DNA of 64,000 nucleotides, filler included, from Lenisia limosa (taxonomy: Eukaryota; Protista; Breviatea): the NCBI GenBank assembly GCA_001655205.1. It is 11 parts of 11 records of this genome, joined end to end, with 100 filler letters (N's around TTAATTAATTAA, not from the genome) between each part and the next. Parts side by side here need not be neighbours in the genome. Positions count along the whole stretch, not along the records: positions 1 to 19,881 come from LPNZ01006309.1; positions 19,982 to 21,955 come from LPNZ01000091.1; positions 22,056 to 24,547 come from LPNZ01011310.1; 8 more parts are not named here. The stretch is one strand, 5' to 3'. The position numbers were made by a program, and so were the translations under genes. This document shows positions 12,201 through 22,069 of this stretch, piece by piece. Position 1 is the stretch's first letter. Every line of letters begins with the position of its first letter. The notes beneath the pieces are model-generated. The model had not been told where the DNA came from, did not search any database, and was given only the letters and a program-made list of their open reading frames with translations.

Positions 12201-15104
12201 ACAAAGGCCTAGTAACTAACACTGCATTTTGTGTGATTGTGAGTAAAGCTCTAAGATCACCTTCATCTTATTCACCCTTAACCACCATATTCACCATCAT
12301 TTCCACCTTCCACATATCAATTATTATTGTCATCAGTATCATCATTTTCATCATTATCAGGTTAAAAAGGCAGGGTGCTACACGCTCTTTACAAGGCACC
12401 TCGAGAACAAGCATGTTGTAATGCTGGATACCCAAGTGTGTGGATGCTTTCAGGGGATTATCAGGAGAGTTTTTTTTTGGGGGGGGAGTTTAGCCTCACT
12501 AAATTAGCACTAGCAAATAAGAGGGATTTCATTCGTTAATCGCTAAGCATTAACAACCAAAGGAATAAATAGAACCAAATTTTCTGAGATTGAGGGGTTT
12601 TCAGTTTTTTGATTCCCACAGTATCGAATGCATCAAACCATCTGCCGCTTCCCCTCAGACCACTTTTATGAGGGAAAACTCATAAGTCACCCATGCACTG
12701 AGAATAATAACAAGTGAGGGGAGATTGTGACTGTGATTCTGCGGTAAAGTTTTGAACTAGGGCTTCGGCCAGATACAATCTTATTTGTTATTTCTCATTG
12801 CTAATTCTCAGGGCACTGAAAATTCCCAAGATCTTTGGAAAGAATCGTGTCTGTTTCTTCAATTGTTCCAGTGGTGTGACTGTTCACTACAGCGTAGGAG
12901 GTGTAATTACCATGCCTTCTGATATCATAGACCTCCTTTATGTCAAGTTATTTGGTATTTCCAAACTTTTGTTGTATTGTGTATGAAATTGGTTTTTGCA
13001 CTTGAAACAGACCCAATTTTTTTGCAAAATATTTCCGAATGCAGAACTGTAACTGCCTTATTAGGAAGCCCCAAATTTTATTAACTTGCCTTATACAGAC
13101 TGCTGCTACCGAAGCTGAGTTGAAGGCTCTGAGTACGGACAGAAAATCGTCTTGTAATGAAGGAGAGGCTCGTGCTGTTGTCAAAGTGAGTGGGAGCTTG
13201 GATGTTCCAAATTTTACAGTGCTGTGGGCAAATCATATCATACACCTTACATGCATACTTAGGGCATCACTTAGATTCAGAAAATAACTGAAATCGATTA
13301 ATATTCAATAAACTATCAATGTATTTTTGACCATTTATCGATACTTTTCGTAGTTTGAATCACTTTATTTAAACAGGACACATTCCGATGAATCATCAAT
13401 ATATTTCATTCCTTCCTTAGGTTTTGACCCTCATGCTTCAACATGGAGTCAAGGGTAAAGATATCATGATCATCACCCCCTACCGCGCACAGGTTGGGGG
13501 GGCAACAACTAGGTGACCGCAGTATCGCAGAGAATATTTGTGTCTAATAATAGAATTAAAATGGAAATGTTAGAGGCAAGCATGCATGATCATTTGAGGA
13601 TTACAAAAGCTTTGAAATACACTTTGATACAACTTTTGCCCTTACTCAATCAGGTCTCATTTTGCTCACCTTCATTTGACTGGCAAACTATCCACTTTTA
13701 GTCAACAGAGCTATACAATTTTCAATTATTCCCTTAAACTTACAGGTTATAATAATTAACTACCACAGGTTAACATGATCAAGCTGCTAATTGGGGCTGT
13801 CCTTGAGCAATATGGCCAAAGCGAAACTGCGGTGGGGGATACAGAATAAAATTGAATTATTTTACATTTTACATTTTTTGATGTGCTCTCCAAAAAAGAC
13901 TGAATTCGATAAATCCACAAATATCGATATTTTACATGTCTTGAGGAACCCAAAGTGACGCTCTAGTTCCCAAATTCATATACTTTGTATGAAATTACAT
14001 ACACTGTGATATATACATCATACACTTTTGTCTTATATTCGTGAGATAACCTGCTTGGTATATTATGATATTTTCATAAAATATACAATTTGCTAATCCT
14101 GTACTTACCATATCTAGGTTCATGTCGGAACAGTAGCCACGGCACAGGGTAGTGAAGCTGACTTTATCATTAACTCTCTTGTCAAATCTGATGGAAGATC
14201 ACTAGGCTTCACTACGGACGGTTTGTTTAATTCTTACCTTTGACTTCTTGGACCATTTCCCTGTACTCTCATTTTCCACGCAGTGTTATAATACCTTATC
14301 GTGTGGTAATTGATCAACAAGTCTTAATGAAACTCTGATCTACCTGGAATGAACCCTCGTCTTATCTTATCTACAATCATCACTTTGACATTAAATCGAT
14401 GAAATTATCATATCACTAGTGGAGGGTCAAAACATAGTGTTTTTGAGTAGTTTTTGCGGCACACCATTTCACCACAAATTGTTACCTAATAGTGATATAT
14501 ATTTCTTTGAAGGCTTCTTTAAATGTTTACAAATCAATTTCAATATTACTGAGCTTAAGTTATCCATATCATATTTTATGTTCTGAAACAAGAGTTGTTC
14601 TTAAAAAAGTCTTATACTATTTTTGCGACATAGAAATCGCGCTTTCGATTTGATAGATCATTTAGATCAAATGACGAATGTTGCTCTCACACGCGCGCGC
14701 CATGGTCTTTGCGTGGTGGGTTGTTGTTATACTATTTGTAAAATGTTATTAGAATAATGAAGACAAAATACTTAGCCTAAGGTTTTTAATAATACAGTGT
14801 AATTACCCTTGGTAACCCTAAAATCGAAGATACACATATAAATTTGAGTACACTCGGGTGCATCGACCCGGAATTCCCTGTTATTATTTGGGAATCCCAT
14901 AAGTTTCTTCAAATTTCTATACTTGGGATTCCAACGTTTTTTTAAAGAATCCCAAGTCGATGCGCGTGGTGTAATAGATTTTATTATTTTTATGATTTAT
15001 CAATCACCCTTCAGGTTGGCAATGCTGAAGCAGTGGGCCACTATGTCACATGGCAGAACTTTATTCTCCATTGCATCAAACATGGCTATCTCAGGAATAT
15101 CTAA
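297..15104 (+). CDS. HELZ2-like: RNB (RNase II/R-family) 3'-5' exoribonuclease fused to a C-terminal Upf1-like SF1B helicase; HELZ2-like; multi-exon, 5' end lies upstream of the window
   Basis: Hand-spliced GT-AG exons. RNB part: YAIDPEGCTDRDDAI (catalytic motif at 1741-1776), AHGIVEQFMISAN (~3630-3675), YCTWTSPLRRYVDIV (~4360-4405). Helicase part: LNDSQLRAI...LIWGPPG|TGKTTT (exon ends 9004, next starts 9340), VLYAATSNKAVDVVAERL (~10130), VIVDEAGN (11717-11746), LIGDPKQLPPV (~12120), Q|YRMH (~12620), IITPYRAQ (~13470), GTVATAQGSEAD (~14130), NVALTRAR (~14680). Last exon 15015-15104 reads VGNAEAVGHYVTWQNFILHCIKHGYLRNI*. Confidence 0.9.
4176..4273. mobile_element. MITE family A copy (intronic), complete
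   Basis: TA-GGGCTTCACTTCC...GAAGTGAAGCCC-TA: terminal inverted repeats with TA on both sides. Confidence 0.85.
6767..6971. mobile_element. MITE-like element, family E (~205 bp)
   Basis: Terminal inverted repeat ATGCCCTATTTACCCG ... CGGGAAAATAGGGCAT. Only one copy seen in the window. Confidence 0.55.
7013..7105. mobile_element. MITE family A copy, diverged
   Basis: TAGGGCT...TTCGAAAATAC...ATATCGATAG...TCGAGAAATTCAGTC...ACCGAAGTGAAA matches the family A consensus. Confidence 0.7.
9582..9855. mobile_element. MITE family B (long TIR), interrupted by a short N gap
   Basis: ~55-bp inverted repeats: TCAAAGCTCCGGACATCATTCAAAATTCCCGGACACATCAAAACTCCCGGACAGCT at 9582-9637 and its near reverse complement at ~9795-9850. 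A second copy is at 30321. Confidence 0.8.
11512..11611. mobile_element. MITE family A copy
   Basis: TAAGGTTTCAATTCGGTTCGAAAAAGAC...GTCTTTTGTCGAACAGAAGTGAAGCCCTA. Confidence 0.8.
14849..14973. mobile_element. MITE family D copy
   Basis: TA-CACTCGGGTGCATCGAC ... GTCGATGCGCGTGGTG-TA imperfect TIR. A related diverged copy is at ~11797-11926. Confidence 0.6.
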
Positions 15105-17160
15105 TCTCCTTCTTGTTTTATTTAGACTTTAAGTCGGTTTTTTTTTCTTTTTCTTTTGTTTTTGTGTATAAGGTTTAGAATGTATCATGGTTTTTTTCTA
15201 AAGAGAGTGGGGCTGGGGGAAATGTTTCTTACTATTGATAATCAAGAGAAAATACCGATTCATGACGTCAAGTTTTGAATTGCACCTCTCTTGAGTCGCA
15301 GTATAAAGAAAAGTAACTATCTGATGTATGAAACAATAATAAGCTCACTTGATATGAAATATTGGTAAAATAATAGAACATGGAATTGACCCTAATCAGA
15401 ACATGGTGCCTATAAAAGAAAGCAAGGGAACATCTGTTGAACTACTTAGCAGCCAACAAGAAGTTTTCGGTGACACTATCTTTAATCTACTTGTACTATT
15501 TAAAGAGTATTTGGTCAGTATAAAAATCACAACACTTACTCTCTTGCTTCCAATAACCTCTTTTAAAACAGTAGCATAAATTAAGCGGGTTACGCTCGGT
15601 TTCGACTCTATATGGTGTATCACCAATTGTTTCTGGATTATGGTAAACAGTAAGCGATAGTCAATGAATGAAAAGTGCGTTCGCGACGTAATCTCTTTCT
15701 AATTTATTTTTTGACCAATGAGTAAATATCTTAGGTGGTCAGAGTTCACACCCCACTACCGAATTTGAAATTGTTCAAAACCAAACCGTACAAGCAAAAT
15801 CTCTTGTTGTATGTAATATCTATGCGCCTTTGTTTTTGAGTTTATTTAGCTTCTTAGCAGTTATGGCAACTGTAAAGAAGAGGAATTTCATTTGTTTTGT
15901 TAGATTGGGAGGCGGCCCAACTTTAGCGGGCGCAGGCCCCAAGGCAGAGTCAAGACAAGGCAAGTCAAAGGTGGTCACAGAGCCACACGGGCTCTATCCA
16001 TGCTCTATCACGGTAGAAGGAAAAGAGCGGCATTTTTTTTTTCGGCAGGTTTCGTAGAGACTCGGTTGCCGTGAGAGTCTTGGGAAGCTCCNNNNNNNNN
16101 NNNNNNNNNNNNNNTGCCACTCCTGCTGTCTGTCTCTCATTCAGTCAGCTAAGTTACTCAGTCACCTAACAATTAATTAAAAAAAATATGAACAAAGTGT
16201 TGTTTGTTTAGTCGTTTAGTTATATCAACTATATTATACATCCATCAGACTCTCTCACTAAACTGGACTCACGGTTGGACTGGGGAATCTATNNNNNNNN
16301 NNNNNNNNNNNNNNNNNNNNNNNNNNNNNNNNNNNNNNNNNNNNNNNNNNNNNNNNNNNNNNNNNNNNNNNNNNNNNNNNNNNNNNNNNNNNNNNNNNNN
16401 NNNNNNNNNNNNNNNNNNAATTAATAGTCACAGACAGTAGGTTTTGGCTTATGCTAGGGGAGTAAACTTGTTTATATTTATACCCCTAGGCTTCTTTAGG
16501 TTTTGTCTACGACTTCGGTCAGCTATTTTTTTTATTTTTCATTGCTATTGCGGTGTACATATATGAAGGTTTTCTCTTCTTATCCTTTTGGTTATTTGTC
16601 GATGTCATTGCCGTATGGAATTTTCGTTTTTCCGTCATGATCCAGTGGCCGCGTAATTAATTCATTGATTCACCAGAATAGGTTTTCTCACGGTTTTCTG
16701 CTGCTACTTTAGGTTATGAATGGCTTTCTTGAGAAGATTGCATTTGTATTGGNNNNNNNNNNNNNNNNNNNNNNNNNNNNNNNNNNNNNNNNNNNNNNNN
16801 NNNNNNNNNNNNNNNNNNNNNNNNNNNNNNNNNNNNNNNNNNNNNNNNNNNNNNNNNNNNNNNNNNNNNNNNNNNNNNNNNNNNNNNNNNNNNNNNNNNN
16901 NNNNNNNNNNNNNNNNNNNNNNNNNNNNNNNNNNNNNNNNNNNNNNNNNNNNNNNNNNNNNNNNNNNNNNNNNNNNNNNNNNNNNNNNNNNNNNNNNNNN
17001 NNNNNNNNNNNNNNNNNNNNNNNNNNNNCTCCCACGCGAAATATTCTGATATTCCAGGCTCTTCTTACAGCCCTCTGCACATGCCTTCCAAGTCTAGGTA
17101 GTCTCGGGCCATCAGGTTTGGTGGGTGTTGCCAGAGCTTTCCCGTTTTGATGGTCGTCTG

Positions 17161-17241
17161 TAGGGTATCACTTTGGTTCGATAAATCCTCGAAAACTATC
17201 GATATTTTGCCGGTATTTTTTCGAACCAATGTGAAGCCCAA
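17161..17241. mobile_element. MITE family A copy, internally deleted
   Basis: TAGGGTATCACTTTGGTTCGA...ATAAATCCTCGAAAACTATCGATATTTT...TCGAACCAATGTGAAGCCC. Confidence 0.8.
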
Positions 17242-17621
17242 GTCGTCCGTAAAACACATAATTTTCTAGATAGGGTGTACTCTGTGTGTAATTCCAGATA
17301 TCAATATTATACATACTATATTTTTTGTTTCTCATCTCCACAAGTAAGGATTTAACAACAGTACGGAGTAAACCTTTCCATTTTAGTAGAGATTAATCTT
17401 CGGTTCTTAAAGCCAGGAAAATATTTATATTTTTTGATGATTAACGTGTTTTTTTTGTAATCGAAAAGGAGGCTATCTTATTCTTGTTTTTAATGCCGTC
17501 ATTTTAAACTAGCTTCAGTTTAAATCAATGCAAGTCAAACAAACCCAGAATCAAAATTATGACATACACGTGAGTCGAAATCAACAAAACAAAAACAGTC
17601 CAGCTAGCCATCATCTTTCAG

Positions 17622-20600
17622 AAATCTTCGTGAGTCCCATCGGATCAAATCAAAATGTTGGAATCAAGGAAGATGCCCCTTTTGCTACCATTGAAAAAGC
17701 CCTCAGCTCTGCTGGTCAAGGTGAGATTCAGGATTGGTTTTCTTAATCTCTCAATATCCATTGAAATATTGAAAAGTTTCGAACAATCATCAAGTACTGA
17801 AAAAATTCACCATTTTATTGTTTTTTCAATAAAACGGGATTTCTTGTCTAATACACAGGAAGCACAATCTTCCTCAGTCCTGGGGTGTACCGCGAAAACA
17901 ACCTGAAACCCCCTTCAGGTTAGTCTAATTTTTTTTTGAATTTTCTTGTGTTTGACGTGTGTTCTTGATATTTCAAATCTGTGTACTTGCAATAGAATTA
18001 TTGGGATTCCATCAGACTTTACGTCGATTTATTTGACAATATCAGGGACTTCTGGAGCGCCAGTTACGATTACTACTAATCCGTCTAGTCCGGGTAAAGC
18101 AGTGATTACGTCAGCTTATTCTGTGAGGAGAGAGGGGGGGTTGTTTGCCTAATAGAAAGCAAAAATATTAGGCCAAATTGTTATGTCTTTTTACTCAATG
18201 TTTAGGCTGGAGAGTTGATTTGGACGTCCTCGTCGACTCTCGAGGGAGTGTATGAGGCAAAGATACCGTCTGAGTGGAACTGGTCAGAGTCTCCCAAGAT
18301 TGCTTATGTGGTTAGTGTTTCCATCCGTGTACTCAAACAGGAAATTTTCGCCTTGGATACTTTAGCATTGAATAATGAAATAGGACTTCAATCTTAATTT
18401 GACTAATAGAAAGAATATTTTTTTGGTCAATTGGGCAATTTGGTCCTCTCTCAAGGCTTTGTTCTCAACTGTTTAATCTTTGATCCACTTGAGTTTTCAG
18501 TGATGATTAAGAAAAGCCAAGATCCCCCCCCCCCCCTTCAAAATAGATTTCACAGTCTTGTCACACTGCTTTATATTTCAGAGCAGAGAACCCAATTTTA
18601 GTAAAACAGCGTAAAACCGTCCAAATTTATTGTTTTATACCTTGGGCTTCCCTATGTTCTGAAAAAGACTGGTAAAATATCGATATTTATCGAGGAATTA
18701 TCGAAAAATTCTGTTTCTTGGAACCGGGGAATCTCTATTAATACCTAATACTCTAGCGGCAACCTTACTGGGGGGGGGGTGAAGATGGAGCTTGGATAGT
18801 GCGGCTTTCTAACTAAGCAGGTTGATGCCAACAATAGGCCGGAAACTAGGATGTACATCGCGCGGTCTCCCAACCATAATGTGGGTATGGGACTTCTTCT
18901 AAGTTCGGTTCACGCATTTTACGTAAATTTACGTATCTATAATAGTTTTGTGCAAATTTCTGTAACATTCGTGTACCCGAATGGTCCTTACTGGCTCTTT
19001 CTTGGGGGATTCTTCTTTATTTCATTGACATTCTGAAAATTCTATAATTGATTTTCTAATTATCACGTGGTGACCCCAATTATACTTATGTTATTATTAG
19101 TGCCATTTCAAATATACCTACACACTCGGATGCACTGATTGTTAACTTTTGTGCTCATTGTTTTAATACTTGTCGTAAAACTTGGCCATGTGTACATTTA
19201 TCAAAAGAGGATATGTAAGTACAATTCCTCTTGAAAGTCGGCCTTATGGGGATTCATATTGCCGGACACTTGTGGATATTGGGACAATATTTATGCACAT
19301 GATCATTATCAGTGGTGAAGAATAACACTTTTTCACGACATCTTCAGGTTCCGAATCGACATCGAGAAACTGAGCATTGGTACATGGCTGATGGCGGGGC
19401 TTTTGTAAGCAAGAGGTCATTGAACCATTTCTGAATCATCGAAAGGGACTAAAATATAGATATTGTTCATGCAAATATTCAAATGTTTATCAAATATTCA
19501 ATTAAAATGTCTTATATTGGAACGCTGTGTTGTGTGAATGATATTGTGTTTTTCGCTTTTGTGGAATAATATAATTCGCTTTTGTGGATAAATAAAACCG
19601 TTTCTCCTGCTTATCAAGTAATACAGCTTTATTATTTATTTTTTCTCACCCACGCAGAATGCTGAGTTCATAGAGTTGGAATGCGAATGGTTGAGTGATT
19701 TTTCTTTTTACAATATTTAATTAATCCTCGAAATCTATCGATATTTGATAGTCTTTTCTAAACTTAAGAGAATCCCTACCTAGGTGCCATGACGGTTGTT
19801 TAGGTGGACTCTTGTACGCCTTCTGCAAAGACTTATAATGAAGAGTGTGACTCCTCGTCAGCGTATGTGGGGGGTCAATAANNNNNNNNNNNNNNNNNNN
19901 NNNNNNNNNNNNNNNNNNNNNNNNNTTAATTAATTAANNNNNNNNNNNNNNNNNNNNNNNNNNNNNNNNNNNNNNNNNNNNAGTATTTACCCCTTGCCTC
20001 CTCTCATGAAGTTACCCCCCCCTCCCCAACGACCCAGCCAACCCTGACATCCAGTAGGGCTTTCGTTTACCCTTGCTCAGAATGGCGTTGACGTCAGTGA
20101 TACACTCGCGAATTATGGGCCTAGAACTGTGAATTACAGGGACTATAATTTAAACTTATGGTTTATATTGTCATAGGAGTCTAAGTTCTTTATTCCCCTC
20201 GATTAGATTATGTCATATTCAGGCAGTTACTGGGAGGTATATCTATTCTAGTGAAGATGCATATAGCTATGTAAGATACATATATGCCTCCAAGGTTAGT
20301 GACACTATTTCAAATTTCAAATTGAAACCAAAATACATCTCATACAACAATTCAAATAACCCCAAACCTTAAGAAATGAGTCATCATGCTTATATTTATT
20401 ATAAATAAGAAAAAGTAAACTAATATTGTGTGTTTGTGTTTATAAGAACACAAGATATTTGGAGAAATCTGGAGTCTGGAATCTGGAAGTGTCAGTATGT
20501 AACACACAGATCTATTCTTTATTTTCTTTTCTCACAACTACTGTGAGGTAGGTACTCGGTAGCCACTTAAGGGTACTTGTACTCGACTTTCTTTTGTGCA

Positions 20601-21809
20601 GTGGGGGCAGCTGATTTGATAGAATGACGGAACTATCCGAGCCAAGCTCCTTTATCCAAAAAAATATCGGCCTCTTTTTGAACACTCTATCTTATATCCT
20701 GTCTTATGTGTTAATAATAGGTGTTAATAACAATAAGCTAGGTTAGTTTTGGTTTTGTTAGAATTAGTGTCCCTTCCTGCGCGTTTTTGAGTATCTGTGT
20801 TCCGATCTGACTGTATAGGATGAAGATAGCAATATTGACGCTACTATTGCTATTAGGTAGGGTCTTTTGTTTGGCTTGTGGGAGTAATCTCTTTAGTGGT
20901 ACAAGCGTTTGCAGTAATCCCGTTTCCGCCAATTCTTACGGTACGCAATGATTAATTAGAGATTTTAAGCACTGCAACGCGACAATATTCTCTTGGACGG
21001 GGTAACCCAGTTTTCATCGTGTTTAAAAACTCACCTCCTGGACCTTATCTACGTTCAAACTCCGTTGATTAGCTTTTGACGCAGAAAAACGGCAGGTTTG
21101 ACGCATTGTAGGTGACTGAGGTCCATGATGACTACATCAACTCGATCTTCTACTCTGGCCATGCCACCGAGTTCACCGTAACAACCTTCATTAACGGCGA
21201 AGTGCTTGAGGAATACACTACGACCAATAACAATAGGAAAACGCCGTTGTTCATCCCGGACTTCGAGAAGTATGAGATCACAATTGAAGTTGTTGCTACC
21301 AACTCTGAAGGAAGCTCAGAGCCTTCCGTTAGCCCTCTGATCACTTTGAATGGGTGGGAGGACGGGTTTATGATTAATCTAGTTTTTTCTTTCTTATTCC
21401 TCTTCATGGAGATCATTGCTTCTTTTTTGTTATTATGTCTTGGTCTTTGTTTCGGTTTTATTATTATCATTATCATAATGACTGAATGGGGAGGGGGTAA
21501 GCGGATATTACAGGGATATATTATCTAATATCTTGTTTTGTTTGTTAATACGGTGATTGGGATCTGTTTGCGTGTTGATAGTTGGACCTGGCGTTTCTGA
21601 CTTTGGTCTTTTGAGTGAACAACAAAAATTCCATAGTGAATCGATATGCAACTTGAATCGTATTAGGCTTGTTTGGGGTAATTTTACACATGTGTCTGGT
21701 TTATAAAGGCTGGAACACAATCAATCACTTTTTTTGCCGTTTTCACAGGTGTGATATGAACTATGGTCTTTTTTACAAGGGGAATATTCTTTTTCAGGAA
21801 GTAACCTAA
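17622..21809 (+). CDS. Putative secreted protein with DUF1565/right-handed beta-helix-type N-terminal motif and an FN3-like segment; start and end uncertain
   Basis: Exons EIFVSPIGSNQNVGIKEDAPFATIEKALSSAGQG (17622-17720), STIFLSPGVYRENNLKPP (~17860), SGTSGAPVTITTNPSSPGKAVIT (~18045), and ...YEITIEVVATNSEGSSEPSVSPLI (21112-21353, resembles an FN3 terminal strand). A possible signal-peptide exon is at ~17060. Confidence 0.65.
18643..18730. mobile_element. MITE family A copy, GGGCTTCCCTA-type subfamily
   Basis: GGGCTTCCCTATGTTCTGAAAAAGACTGGTAAAATATCGATATTTATCGAGG...GGAACCG. Confidence 0.7.
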
Positions 21810-22069
21810 TTTTACATTCTTATGATATATTTCTCCACTCGGATTCCATCAGCTCACTCATGTAGCTTTAAAATGTCCCCGACCTACGTTACCTTTGAGA
21901 AGCAAAACGGGACAATTATGTGCCTTATGCCAGCTGCTCCCCCAGGCTACAGTAANNNNNNNNNNNNNNNNNNNNNNNNNNNNNNNNNNNNNNNNNNNNT
22001 TAATTAATTAANNNNNNNNNNNNNNNNNNNNNNNNNNNNNNNNNNNNNNNNNNNNATATACTGCCCCCA

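Noticed and set aside
20738-20932. Minus-strand ORF in a long intron as a possible non-LTR retrotransposon fragment
   Set aside because: It is only 64 aa and has no recognisable RT or endonuclease motif, so it cannot be supported.
21830-21955. Plus-strand 'CSFKMSPTYVTFEKQNGTIMCLMPAAPPG' as an IPT/TIG-like exon of the beta-helix gene
   Set aside because: The strand is ambiguous because a minus-strand AG/GT exon also fits, and the segment abuts a linker gap. Left unassigned.
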